A stretch of 64,000 nt of DNA, taken from NCBI GenBank assembly GCA_963717025.1, contig CAVQVJ010000003.1, positions 964,969 through 1,028,968 of the forward strand, written 5' to 3'. The position numbers were made by a program, and so were the translations under genes. This document shows positions 36,174 to 45,577 of this stretch, piece by piece. Origin of the DNA: an uncultured Actinomycetes bacterium (GTDB taxonomy: Bacteria; Actinomycetota; Thermoleophilia; Gaiellales; Gaiellaceae). Position 1 is the first letter of the stretch; every line of letters begins with the position of its first letter. A model generated the notes under the pieces. The model searched no databases. It worked only from the letters and a program-made list of their open reading frames with translations, and had not been told where the DNA came from.

Positions 36174-37499
36174 CTACGACGGCGCCTCGCCTCTTACGTC
36201 CTCGGCGTCCCGGTGCCTGCGCGACAGCCCAGCTGCCGACCGGTGTGGACGCTGCTCGGGGGCCGGTGCACTTTCGAACGCGGGCGTGGCGTCGCGCGGG
36301 TGGGCCGCGAACCACGCCGCGTAGCGCCCTGCGAGCGGCGTTGCCGTCACGCCGTGCAGGAGGACCGAAAGGGCGATCGTGAGGAAGATGGTGTTCAGCA
36401 GCAGCGATTCGTTCGCGAGGTGGGCCTCCTCTACGAGGATCACCGCAAAGACGATCGACGCCAGGCCACGCGGCCCGAACCAGCCGAGGAAGGCGACCGT
36501 CGGTCGCCCGGCTCCGGATCCCAGCATCGCCAGACCGACGGGAACCACGCGAACGAGCGTCAGGCTGAGCAGCGCATAGAGGACGATCTCGGCGGAGAGG
36601 TCGTCGAGTACGGGCACGAGCATGACGGCGCCGAAGAGGACGAACGTGACTGCCCCGAGCAGGCTGCCCGTCTCCTCGAGGAAGAACGTCACTTCGCCTC
36701 CGACCTCGCGGCGGAACCCGCCGAAGACGGCACCGCCGACGAACGCCGCGATGAACCCGCTGCCGCCCATCCACACGGCCAGGCCGTAGGCGAGCGCGGC
36801 ACCGGCGACCGGGGCGACCTGGAGCCAGCTCGAATCGACCAGGCCGCGAGGGACGCCCACCCTGACCACGGCGGCGGCCGCGAGCCCCGCAATCACGCCG
36901 CCGAGGGATCCGTATCCGATCTCCTCGAGCACGAGCTCCACCGCCTCGCCGTCTCCGATCGCGCCCTCTTGCGCCTCGGCTATCGCGATCGCGATCAGGA
37001 GGAGCGGCACGCAGATGCCGTCGTTGAGCCCGCTCTCGACGTTCAGCCCTTGACGGACACGTGAAGGAACGCGGGGATCGGTGACGACCGCCTGCCCCAG
37101 TGCAGCGTCGGTCGGGGCGAGCACGATCGCAAGCAGGACGGCCTCGATGAGCACGAGCTCTCCCAGCAGGGCAGCACCCGCAAGAGCGCCGGCGACAATG
37201 GTCAACGGCAGCCCGATCCCGAGCAGGCGAAGCGGGAGGGTGTACTCGCGGCGCAGCGCTGCGAGGTCGATCCGTGACGCGTCTGAGAAGAGCACGACCG
37301 TCAGGGTCGCCTCGGCGACCATGCGGACGAACTCGTTGTCGATCGTCGGATCGAGCCAGCCGAGCGCCTCGTCGCTCACCAGGATGCCACCGGCGACGAA
37401 CACAATCGCAGCCGAGATCACCGACCCCGAGAGCCGACGCGAAGCTCCCGCATACACGAGAAGCAGGAGGGAGATCGCAACGAGGCCCGAGTCGCCCAA
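36174..37499 (-). CDS. Cation:proton antiporter (CPA1, Na+/H+ exchanger family)
   Basis: 441 aa, about 11-12 TM, with the LAPTDAALG and ESGLNDG motifs of Na_H_Exchanger. TTG start at 37499 with GGAGGAG 9 nt upstream. Confidence 0.85.
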   Translation of the reverse strand: MGDSGLVAISLLLLVYAGASRRLSGSVISAAIVFVAGGILVSDEALGWLDPTIDNEFVRMVAEATLTVVLFSDASRIDLAALRREYTLPLRLLGIGLPLTIVAGALAGAALLGELVLIEAVLLAIVLAPTDAALGQAVVTDPRVPSRVRQGLNVESGLNDGICVPLLLIAIAIAEAQEGAIGDGEAVELVLEEIGYGSLGGVIAGLAAAAVVRVGVPRGLVDSSWLQVAPVAGAALAYGLAVWMGGSGFIAAFVGGAVFGGFRREVGGEVTFFLEETGSLLGAVTFVLFGAVMLVPVLDDLSAEIVLYALLSLTLVRVVPVGLAMLGSGAGRPTVAFLGWFGPRGLASIVFAVILVEEAHLANESLLLNTIFLTIALSVLLHGVTATPLAGRYAAWFAAHPRDATPAFESAPAPEQRPHRSAAGLSRRHRDAEDVRGEAPS

Positions 37500-37579
37500 C
37501 TCTCACTCTCCTCCGGTGGTCTCGTTCAAGCTCGCGACGTTAGCGCCAGGGAGATCGCGCTTCATCGCCCGAAATCGAG

Positions 37580-37593
37580 TTCACCCGGGTGAG
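37580..37593. promoter_or_regulatory. Palindrome site 3: TTCACCCGGGTGAG, nested inside an outer inverted repeat TTCATCGCCCG / CGGGCGATGAA
   Basis: Divergent gap between the antiporter (start 37499) and the DedA gene (37709). The outer arms are at 37561..37571 and 37603..37613. Confidence 0.6.
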
Positions 37594-37708
37594 TGGCCGT
37601 CCCGGGCGATGAACGGTCGGGCTACGGCTTCTAGCATCGCGACCATGCGCCAGGACGCGGGCGTCGGCGTCCCGGCCGACTCTGCAGCGAGGAGACGGAG
37701 CACGTTTG

Positions 37709-38485
37709 ATGGCGGTCGAGCTCGAGCAGCAAGATCGGCTGTGGAAACGACACCTCGGCGCCTTGATCGTCGGCGGCTTTGCAGTCCTTCTCGTCGTGAT
37801 CGTCCTGCTCCAGCTCGTGGAGGACGGGGACATCGAAGAGTGGCTCGCCGAGGCGCCGAAGGAATGGGCCTACGTCCTGTGCTTCTTGCTCGTCTGGCTC
37901 GATGCGGTCATCCCGATCTTTCCCGGCGAGACGACGCTCAGCGCTGCTTCGACCCTCGCCGCAGAGGGAAGCCTCGAGCTCGAGCTCGTGATGCTGGCCG
38001 GCGCGCTCGGCGCGATCCTCGGAGACTCGTCGCTGTTCTGGATCGCCCGCAAGAGCGCCGCGAGAGTGCAAGGCCAGCTCGACAGGGCGCTCGAGAATCC
38101 GAAGGTACGCGCCGGCTGGGACGCCCTCGACCGCTCCCCCGGGCTCATGATCGTCGCCGGCCGGTACGTCCCGGGGATGCGCTTCGCCGTCAACGCGACC
38201 ATGGGGCTCTCGGACATTCCCTACCGCCGCTTCCTCCCCTGGTCGGTCCTCGGCGGAATCCTGTGGTCGGTGTACACGTGCACATTGGCCTACAAGGTCG
38301 CGAGCACGCTCTCCGGCTTTCCACTTGCGTCGCTCGTCATCTCCTCGCTCATCACCTCGGCCGCACTGGCAGCGATCTACTTCGTCGACCGGCGGAGGAG
38401 GAGCGCAGCGAAGGGCGCCGACCCAGCCGATGTGAGCGAGGAGCCTGCGGCCCGGCCGAGCCCTGCCGGATCCGACGAGTCATGA
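37709..38485 (+). CDS. DedA-family (SNARE-associated) membrane protein
   Basis: VWLDAVIPIFPGETTLSAASTLAA and GRYVPGMRFAVNATMG motifs. ATG 37709 is 8 nt after GGAGACGGAG (the track starts at 37706). Confidence 0.85.
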   Translation: MAVELEQQDRLWKRHLGALIVGGFAVLLVVIVLLQLVEDGDIEEWLAEAPKEWAYVLCFLLVWLDAVIPIFPGETTLSAASTLAAEGSLELELVMLAGALGAILGDSSLFWIARKSAARVQGQLDRALENPKVRAGWDALDRSPGLMIVAGRYVPGMRFAVNATMGLSDIPYRRFLPWSVLGGILWSVYTCTLAYKVASTLSGFPLASLVISSLITSAALAAIYFVDRRRRSAAKGADPADVSEEPAARPSPAGSDES

Positions 38486-39375
38486 GTCGGCACGAGGCAC
38501 CCGACTCCGGCCTCGACGATCGCGCGCGTGTCAGACTCACGGCCGCGGTTGCAAGCGCACGACAGGCCAGCACACGGCACGTGTCGCTCGCGGTCCCTTT
38601 CCGCGCAGCGGAACGAAACCGCCGCGTCGCAGCAAGCGTTCTTGCCGGTGGGATCGCCTACCGCCTGTTCCTGTGGCTCTTGCCGCTCGGGTTGATACTC
38701 GGGGGCGCGCTCGGCCTCATGGATGCGGACAGCACCGAGGAGGCCCTTGCGAACGGCGGTCTTCCGGCGGCCGTCGTCGACATGATCGGCGACGTCGCGC
38801 GTGCCGCGGAATCCGACTGGTGGTGGCTCCTCGGGCTTGGCGTGCCGCTCCTCCTCTGGGCGGGATACACGGGCGCGAGAGCGGTGCAGCTCATTCACTC
38901 GCTCATCTGGGACGAGCCCCCTCCGCGGGTCAAGCCGTGGAAGAGTTCACTTGCCTTCACGGGCGTGCTGTGCGCCTTCATGGCCGCGTTCGCACTCACG
39001 TGGTGGCTTCGTGACAACGCGTCGCTCGAGCGCCTCCTCGCGGCCACGCTCGCCACGGTCCCACTCGCCGGGTTGTGGCTCTGGGCTTCCCTCCGCCTTC
39101 CGCACCGGGACGCTCCCTGGCGGGCGCTGCTGCCCGGCGCGATCCTCGTCGCGCTCGGCGCTCAGGTGCTCCACGGGCTGATCGTCGAGTTCCTCGCGCC
39201 GAAGCTCGAGAAGTCGACCACGCTGTACGGGACCCTCGGCATCGTGACCACGATCCTCTTCTTCATGTACTTCGCTGGGAGGCTCGTCGTCACCTCGCCC
39301 ATTCTCAACAGTTCCCTCCATCACGAGCTCCGCACACAGAGTGATGACGGCGGCGATGCGGGGCCCGCGACTTGA
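38482..39375 (+). CDS. YihY/BrkB-family membrane protein
   Basis: ATG 38482 (ATGA overlap with the DedA gene) is in frame with the track ORF ending at 39375. Has AGGIAYRLFLWLLPL... and the C-terminal YGTLGIVTTILFFMYFAGRLVV typical of this family. Confidence 0.75.
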   Translation: MSRHEAPDSGLDDRARVRLTAAVASARQASTRHVSLAVPFRAAERNRRVAASVLAGGIAYRLFLWLLPLGLILGGALGLMDADSTEEALANGGLPAAVVDMIGDVARAAESDWWWLLGLGVPLLLWAGYTGARAVQLIHSLIWDEPPPRVKPWKSSLAFTGVLCAFMAAFALTWWLRDNASLERLLAATLATVPLAGLWLWASLRLPHRDAPWRALLPGAILVALGAQVLHGLIVEFLAPKLEKSTTLYGTLGIVTTILFFMYFAGRLVVTSPILNSSLHHELRTQSDDGGDAGPAT

Positions 39376-41126
39376 CGCGCGACGACCGTCGCGGCGCGCT
39401 GGACTCGTACGCACGCTCGCTGATTCCAGGGTCTCTGGCCGAGGCCGCGCCGGGACTGGCGATGCTGCTTCGCTATCCGCGCTCGCACCTCCGGTCCGAT
39501 GTCGTGGCCGGAATCACAGTCGGAGCCGTGGCGGTGCCCTCGTCTCTGGCGATGGCGGAGCTCGCCGGGCTGCCTGTGGAGTACGGCTTGTACGGAACGT
39601 TTCTGCCGCTTGCTGTCTACGGGCTGCTCGGGACGTCGCGGCAACACGTGGTCGGGCCCGACTCGACGTTGGCGGCGCTGACCGCAGTGACCGTCGCCCC
39701 GATGGCCATGGTCGGAGGCGAGGTCGACCCGGCGCTCTATGTGGCGCTCGCAGCGGCACTGGCTCTGGCAATGGGTCTTCTGCTCTTCCTGGCGGGCGCG
39801 CTCCGGCTTGGGTTTCTCGCGGACTTCTTCGGCAAGCCTGTGCTGCTCGGCTACATCAACGGGGTCGCGCTGATCGTGATCTCGTCCCAGCTCGGCAAGC
39901 TCCTCGGGGTCAGCGTCGGCGCGGACGACTTCTTCGCGATCGTGTGGGAGGTCTTGTCGGAGCTCGGCGACGCGAACGGGCCGACGGTGCTCCTGAGCGC
40001 GGGGCTGCTGTCGGCGGCAATCGTGACTCGGCGCGTCCTTCCTGTCTTTCCGCCGTCTCTCGTGGTGCTTGCGCTCGCACTCGTGGTCGCGGCGCTCGTC
40101 GACCTGGACGATCACGGGATCGCCGTCGTCGGCGAGGTCGAGGGCGGGCTTCCCTCGTTCGGGCTGCCGGGAGTTGGAGCAAGCGACTTCCTCGATCTCG
40201 TGCTCCCCGCGGCGGCGTTCGCGCTCGTCGCGTTCGCGGACCTCACCGCGACTGTTCGCACCTTCGCGCAGAAGCACGGCTACGAGGTCGACGCAAACCG
40301 TGAGTTGACCGCGATCGGCGGCGCCAATCTCGTTGGCGGGTTGACCGGGGCGTTTCCCGTCTCCTCCTCCAACTCGCGGTCCGCGGTCAATGATTCAGCC
40401 GGCGCGAAGTCGCAGGCTGCCGTCCTCGTCGCCGCGGTAGTCGTCGGGCTCTTCCTGATCTTTGCGATGCCCCTGATCGAGCCGCTGCCGACGGCGGCGC
40501 TCGGAGTGATCATCGTCGTGGCCGCTTCCGGGCTGATCAACGTCAACTCGATCTGGCGGCTCCGGCACGTGCGCCCGGCCGAGGTCGCGCTCGCGCTCGT
40601 CGCCTTCGGCGGCGTGCTCGTGTTCGGCGTCCTCGGCGGCGTCGTCGTCGCAATCGCGCTATCGATCGGCGTGTTCCTCTACCGCTCGGCGCGTCCGCAC
40701 GATGCCGTTCTCGGACGCTTCGACGACGTCGACGGCTATCACGACATCGCGCGCGGGGAGGGTGCCCAGACGGTGCCCGGACTGCTCATCTATCGCTTCG
40801 ATGCGCCGCCGTACTTCGTCAACGCGGAGTACCTCAGACAGCGCGTGCTCGAGCTTGTCGACGCCTCCGAAGACGTCAGATGGTTGGTGCTCAACGCCGA
40901 GGCGTGGACGTACCTCGACGCCACGGCGATCGATGTCGTGACTCACCTTCAGGTCGAGCTGGAGCAGCGTGGGATCGTGCTCTGTTTCGCGCGCCTGAAG
41001 GGACGCCAGCGCGAGATCTTCGAGGAGACGGGCCTCACCGCCCGGATCGGCCCCGACCGTTTCTTCCCCACCGTCCGGGCCGCGGTCGCGGCATTCGAGT
41101 CGGATGTTGCGGACCGGCGGAGCTGA
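39372..41126 (+). CDS. SulP-family anion transporter with a C-terminal STAS domain
   Basis: 584 aa. DVVAGITVGAVAVPSSLAMAELAGLP and GYINGVALIVI motifs. STAS part (LLIYRFDAPPYFVNAEYL...). The start is uncertain (TTG at 39372 or an internal ATG near 39462). Confidence 0.85.
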   Translation: MTRDDRRGALDSYARSLIPGSLAEAAPGLAMLLRYPRSHLRSDVVAGITVGAVAVPSSLAMAELAGLPVEYGLYGTFLPLAVYGLLGTSRQHVVGPDSTLAALTAVTVAPMAMVGGEVDPALYVALAAALALAMGLLLFLAGALRLGFLADFFGKPVLLGYINGVALIVISSQLGKLLGVSVGADDFFAIVWEVLSELGDANGPTVLLSAGLLSAAIVTRRVLPVFPPSLVVLALALVVAALVDLDDHGIAVVGEVEGGLPSFGLPGVGASDFLDLVLPAAAFALVAFADLTATVRTFAQKHGYEVDANRELTAIGGANLVGGLTGAFPVSSSNSRSAVNDSAGAKSQAAVLVAAVVVGLFLIFAMPLIEPLPTAALGVIIVVAASGLINVNSIWRLRHVRPAEVALALVAFGGVLVFGVLGGVVVAIALSIGVFLYRSARPHDAVLGRFDDVDGYHDIARGEGAQTVPGLLIYRFDAPPYFVNAEYLRQRVLELVDASEDVRWLVLNAEAWTYLDATAIDVVTHLQVELEQRGIVLCFARLKGRQREIFEETGLTARIGPDRFFPTVRAAVAAFESDVADRRS

Positions 41127-41228
41127 GCGACTCCGCTGCTTCCGACTCACGGCAGCGCAGTGGTCACCTGGCTACGGAACCTGAGCGATCAATCGTGAAC
41201 TTGCAGTCCGTGTCGCAAGCGCCGCGTA

Positions 41229-41990
41229 CTACGAGCCCTCGCGGCGCGCCGGCCACCAGGCCGGCTCCTCGGCGGTTCCGGTCTGGACTGCGAGGGCAAG
41301 CGAGTCGAAGACCGACCATGCCTCGACGATCTTGTCGTCGTCGAGCGTCAGAAACGCGGAGCCGTGGATTTCGATCGCATTGCCGCTCGCCGGCAGATCG
41401 GACCGCTGCTCCCCCGTGTGCGTGCCCGCGAGCACCCACTCGATGGCGATCTGGTCCTTCGCGCGGATCTCCTGCGAGAGCTCCATCCTGATGTCGGGCA
41501 CGATCGAGCGCCAGTACCCGATGCTCTCCTCAGCCATAGCGGGGCCGCTCTCGTTGGGACCAAGGTCGGGCGAAAAGCCGTTCATGAAGACGGCACAGTC
41601 CGGCGCGACGTGCTTCTCAGCCTCGCTGAAGTCGCCCTCGTTCCAAGCGGCCACGAGGAACTTCACGGCCGGATGCTTCGGCTCGTGCTCCTCCTGCTTG
41701 CCGTGTCTGAAGTGCCTCACGGCCAGAGCGCCGAGTGTGGGGATGATCGCCACCCCGACGTCGGCGGGCAACAGGAGCTTGGCCAGCACCCAGCTGCAGA
41801 GAGCGGCGAGCGTCAAGTCCGCCAGGAAAAGACGCTTCTCGTCCCCCTTGACCACAAGACGAGGGAAGTGCATCGCACCGACGTCGTCCTGCGGACTCGC
41901 GAGATCGGGCATCAACGGCGGCAACTCCTCGGCTAGCGCCGTGGTGTTGGCGGGACTCTTGATCGGGAAGTCAGTGATGACTTGGCTCAC
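41229..41990 (-). CDS. Membrane-anchored SnoaL-like (NTF2-fold) protein
   Basis: 253 aa. GTG start with GGAGG 7 nt upstream. Central TM segment, C-terminal ester-cyclase/SnoaL-like pattern (FLVAAWNEGDF...IEIHGSAFLTLDDDKIVEAW). Confidence 0.6.
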   Translation of the reverse strand: MSQVITDFPIKSPANTTALAEELPPLMPDLASPQDDVGAMHFPRLVVKGDEKRLFLADLTLAALCSWVLAKLLLPADVGVAIIPTLGALAVRHFRHGKQEEHEPKHPAVKFLVAAWNEGDFSEAEKHVAPDCAVFMNGFSPDLGPNESGPAMAEESIGYWRSIVPDIRMELSQEIRAKDQIAIEWVLAGTHTGEQRSDLPASGNAIEIHGSAFLTLDDDKIVEAWSVFDSLALAVQTGTAEEPAWWPARREGS

Positions 41991-42024
41991 GGAGCCCTCC
42001 TCTCACAGGATGACGGGCCGCCGC

Positions 42025-44928
42025 CTAGGCGCTGACCCCGTGGGCCGCGGCGACGTGCGCGCCGGTCTCGTGCAGCGCCAGCTCGTCCTCGTGGCTGCCC
42101 GGCTTGAGGTCGTAGACGACCTTCTTCACCGTGCCGGTGAAGGGGTAGGGCGACTTGGCTGCGTAGGCGCGATCGACGGGTAGGCCGTTGTCGCGGCCGA
42201 CGTCCATGCCGGCGTAGGCCGTGAAGCGGACTGAGACCGTGCTCTCCATCCGCCCCTCGCCGATCTTCTCGTCGTTCGCCCACAAGGAGACCGTTCCGCC
42301 GGCCCTGCGCTCCTGCCGGTCGGAGTCGAACAGCATGCGGACCATGACGTCCCCGGTCGGAATGGGCTCGGTCGAGACCTGCTCGTACCGCTCGACGCCC
42401 ATCGTCGAATAGCTGTGGTGCAGCAGGCCGTCTTCGTCGACCCAGAGCGAGAAGCCGCCCATCTCGTCCCCCTCGGCGACGATCACGCCCTCGGCGCCCT
42501 CGTCGGGGACCCAGAGCTCCGCCTCGATCGCGTACGAGCGGCCGTAGACGCGCGGGATCATCCCGGAGGCGATGTTCTCGACGTCGCCGTAGAACGTCTG
42601 GGTCGTGATCGTCGGCATCGGCGGCAGGATCCCGAAGAAGACCGAGAATGCAGCCAGCAGCGGCAACACGTTGTGCTTCTCCGCCTCCTCCCAGAAGAGC
42701 TCCTTGAGCTCGGCGAGCTTCTCCGGGTTCTCCGCGGCGAGGTCCTTCGCCTGGCTGAAGTCGTCGGGCAGGTAGTACAGCTCCCAGGTGTCCTGCTCCG
42801 GGTCGTAGACTCCGGGGGCCAACTTGGCCATCGTCGGCGGCGAAAGGTCCCACGGGATGCGGTCGAGCTTGCAAGCGGCCCACCAGCCGTCCTTGTAGAT
42901 CGCCCGGTTGGCCACGATCTCGAAGTACTGCACGGTGTGGCGCTCCGGTGCGTTCGCGTCGTCGAAGGTGTAGAGAAAGCTCGTCCCCTCCATCGGCTTC
43001 TGCTCGATCCCGTCCACGACCTTGGGCTCCGGGATACCGGCCGCTTCGAGGACTGTCGGCCCGACGTCGATGACGTGAGTGAACTGGCTTCGCAACCCGC
43101 CGGCATCCGTGATCCGCTCCGGCCAGGCGACCACCGTGGCGTTGCGCGTGCCGCCAAGGTGGGAGGCGACCTGCTTGCCCCACTGGAACGGCGCGTTCCC
43201 GGCCCACGCCCAGGCGGACGCGTAGTGCGGCGCGTACGCGTCGGTACCCCACGCGTCGAGCCCGCCGTACTGCTCGATCAGCGAGAGCTGCTGGTCGGCG
43301 GTGAGGGCGAACCCGTTCTGCATCGTCAGCTCGTTGAAGGAGCCGGTGAGCGTTCCCTCCAAGCTCGCGCCGTTGTCCCCGAAGATGTAGATGACGAGCG
43401 TGTTGTCGAGCTCGCCCATCTCCTCGACCGCGTCGAGCAGGCGGCCCACGTTCCAGTCGGCGTTTTCCTGGAAGCCGGCATAGACCTCCATCTGCCGCGC
43501 GTATAGCGTCTTCTCGGCATCCGAGAGTGAGTCCCAAGCGGGGAGCGCGTCCGGTCTCGGCGTGAGCACCGCATCCGGCGGGATCACCCCCAGCGCCTTC
43601 TGCCGTTCGTAGGTCTCCTCGCGGAGCACATCCCAGCCCTGGTCGAACTTGCCGCGGTACTTCTCGCTCCACTCGACCGCGACCTGGTGCGGCGCGTGCG
43701 AGCACCCGGTCGAGTAGTAGATGAACCACGGCTTCTCCTGGTCCTGGGCGCGCACTTCGTGCAGCCAGCGCGCCGCCTGATCGGTGAGGTCGTCCGGCCA
43801 GTAGTACTCCTTGCCGTCCTCGCCCTCTGGCACGCCCAGGGTCGTGTTGTCTTGCGTGATCACTGGGTCGTACTGGCCCGCCTCGCCGCCGAGGATGCCC
43901 CAGAAGCGATCGAATCCCCATGCGTTTGGCCAGCGGTCGAACGGTCCGGCTGCACCCTGGACGTGATCGGGGGTCAGGTGCCACTTGCCGAACCCGGCAG
44001 TCGAGTAGCCGTTGCCCTGGAGCGCCCGCACGAACGGAGCGCAGTCCTTCGGCAGGCTCGCGCAGTACCCCGGGAACGGGCCAGGGAGCTCGCCGATCGA
44101 CCCGAAGCCGACCGTATGGTGGTTGCGGCCCGTCAGTAGGGCGGCCCGGGTGGGCGAGCACAGCGCGACAGCGTGGAAGCCGTTGTATCTGAGGCCTTGG
44201 TCGGCGACCCGCGTCATCGCCGGCGTGGAGACTGGCCCGCCGAACGTCGACGGGTTCCCGAAGCCCGCGTCGTCGATCAGGACGAGCAACACGTTCGGCG
44301 CGCCCTCCGGCGGCGACGGCGTCATGAGGATCGTCCAATCAGCGACGGACGTGTCGATGGTTCGGCCGATCGCGCCACCGAAGTTCGGATCCGGGATCGG
44401 CAGCACGGTGCGATCCGGGCTGAACTTCCCCATCGCCTCGCCGAGCGACTCCTTCAACGCGCCCATGCCCTCCTTGTCGCCCTGGACGATCGAGCGGAGC
44501 ATGGCGCCCGCGAGCGCCTGCTCGACACCCACTCGCTGCTCGTCGTCGAAGATCGCGATGATCCCGGCGGACCCCGGCGGCAGGTTTTCGCCAATCTTGT
44601 CGTGAATCTCGTTCCGCACCTTGTTGCGGGCGAACCTGCCCATCACCTTGCCCGCGACCGCGCCGACGGCGACCGACGCGAGCATCGGCGGCGCGAACAA
44701 GCCCACCGCGAGCCCGACGCCGCCTCCCCAGCGGACTCCCTTGCGGCCAAGGTTGTCGCCGGTCTGCTGTACCGAGACGCTGCCGTCCTCCGCGTGCGTC
44801 ACGAGGATGACGCCCTCGATCGAGACCTTCTTCTCCTTGACGAGCGCGACGAGCGCCTCGAAGTCCTTCGTCGCCTGGTCGATGTCCGGGTACCCGGCAA
44901 CGAGGACATCGGTGGGTGTCTCAGCCAT
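42025..44928 (-). CDS. Fusion: DUF1269-like glycine-zipper membrane domain (N-terminal about 170 aa) plus Cys-type arylsulfatase
   Basis: 967 aa with an AAGGAGAG RBS. The N-terminus is DVLVAGYPDIDQATKDFEALV...EDGSVSV.....GGGVGLAVGLFAPPMLASVAVGAVAG (DUF1269 layout). The sulfatase core has PNVLLVLIDDAGFG and the formylglycine motif LCSPTRAALLTGRNHH. Confidence 0.8.
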   Translation of the reverse strand: MAETPTDVLVAGYPDIDQATKDFEALVALVKEKKVSIEGVILVTHAEDGSVSVQQTGDNLGRKGVRWGGGVGLAVGLFAPPMLASVAVGAVAGKVMGRFARNKVRNEIHDKIGENLPPGSAGIIAIFDDEQRVGVEQALAGAMLRSIVQGDKEGMGALKESLGEAMGKFSPDRTVLPIPDPNFGGAIGRTIDTSVADWTILMTPSPPEGAPNVLLVLIDDAGFGNPSTFGGPVSTPAMTRVADQGLRYNGFHAVALCSPTRAALLTGRNHHTVGFGSIGELPGPFPGYCASLPKDCAPFVRALQGNGYSTAGFGKWHLTPDHVQGAAGPFDRWPNAWGFDRFWGILGGEAGQYDPVITQDNTTLGVPEGEDGKEYYWPDDLTDQAARWLHEVRAQDQEKPWFIYYSTGCSHAPHQVAVEWSEKYRGKFDQGWDVLREETYERQKALGVIPPDAVLTPRPDALPAWDSLSDAEKTLYARQMEVYAGFQENADWNVGRLLDAVEEMGELDNTLVIYIFGDNGASLEGTLTGSFNELTMQNGFALTADQQLSLIEQYGGLDAWGTDAYAPHYASAWAWAGNAPFQWGKQVASHLGGTRNATVVAWPERITDAGGLRSQFTHVIDVGPTVLEAAGIPEPKVVDGIEQKPMEGTSFLYTFDDANAPERHTVQYFEIVANRAIYKDGWWAACKLDRIPWDLSPPTMAKLAPGVYDPEQDTWELYYLPDDFSQAKDLAAENPEKLAELKELFWEEAEKHNVLPLLAAFSVFFGILPPMPTITTQTFYGDVENIASGMIPRVYGRSYAIEAELWVPDEGAEGVIVAEGDEMGGFSLWVDEDGLLHHSYSTMGVERYEQVSTEPIPTGDVMVRMLFDSDRQERRAGGTVSLWANDEKIGEGRMESTVSVRFTAYAGMDVGRDNGLPVDRAYAAKSPYPFTGTVKKVVYDLKPGSHEDELALHETGAHVAAAHGVSA

Positions 44929-45026
44929 CAGGGCTCTCCTTCGATCGGACCGCTATCGCGGCTCGCGTGTGGCGTACGACCCGACCATGGCAGAGAGGCG
45001 TCCACCGAACATCGCCCTGCCGCGAC

Positions 45027-45040
45027 TTCACCCGGGTGAA
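45027..45040. promoter_or_regulatory. Palindrome site 4: TTCACCCGGGTGAA (perfect)
   Basis: Divergent gap, 99 nt upstream of the sulfatase-fusion start and 82 nt before the small ORF at 45122. GCGGGTGATGTG box at 45049..45060. Confidence 0.6.
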
Positions 45041-45121
45041 GGCAAGCAGCGGGTGATGTGCGATCTACGAGATTGCAGGAGTCTCCATCACGAGCCTGCC
45101 GTGCCGACCGAAGGGAGGCCG

Positions 45122-45289
45122 ATGGAATCGCTCTGGGTGCTCATGTATTCATGGCTCGCGGCGCCGGCGGTGGTTGCACTCGTGATCTTCAGCTGGTTCA
45201 ACGCCGCGGTGACGCGTGAGGCAGCGTATTCACGAGCGTCGAGAACCGCCGCGACCGGGCGGATGCGCCACGATCGACGCGTGACCTGA
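45122..45289 (+). CDS. Small membrane protein (55 aa)
   Basis: GGGAGG RBS 5 nt upstream: MESLWVLMYSWLAAPAVVALVIFSWFNAAVTREAAY... It is the tail of track ORF 44621..45289, whose upstream part is antisense shadow. Confidence 0.45.
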   Translation: MESLWVLMYSWLAAPAVVALVIFSWFNAAVTREAAYSRASRTAATGRMRHDRRVT

Positions 45290-45299
45290 ATCGGCGGAC

Positions 45300-45560
45300 G
45301 TGCAGCGACCGATGTCCAAGCACTACGCCGGCCGCAGCGGACAAGACCGCGTCCCTTACCGGATTGTGATCCGCGGCGAGCTCGGCGAGCCGCTCGTGGG
45401 ACCACTGGAAGGAATGACCGTCGAGGTCGCCGGCGAGGAGTCGGTGCTGGTCGGGGACCTCCTCGATCAGGCCCAGCTCCAGGGAGTGTTGAGCTGGCTG
45501 ACGACGCTCGGCGTCGAGATCGTCAGCGTGAATCCCGCAGACGACCAGTCGCCGCAATGA
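45300..45560 (+). CDS. Conserved-looking small hypothetical protein (86 aa)
   Basis: YRIVIRGELGEPLVGPLEGMTVEV...GDLLDQAQLQGVLSWLTTLGVEIVSV. I do not recognise a named family. The start is uncertain (GTG 45300 or ATG 45312). Confidence 0.55.
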   Translation: MQRPMSKHYAGRSGQDRVPYRIVIRGELGEPLVGPLEGMTVEVAGEESVLVGDLLDQAQLQGVLSWLTTLGVEIVSVNPADDQSPQ

Positions 45561-45577
45561 CTTAGAAAGGAGATGTG

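Noticed and set aside
41987-44338. 783-aa minus-strand ORF overlapping the sulfatase gene in another frame, and similar shadows (1212..2642, 3317..4615, 3780..4997, 5025..6218, 8316..9626, 31876..33483, 36112..37506, 61521..63089)
   Set aside because: These are frame-shifted or antisense shadows of genes with recognisable motifs. The products are low-complexity and Arg/Gly/Pro-rich, with no domain signatures.
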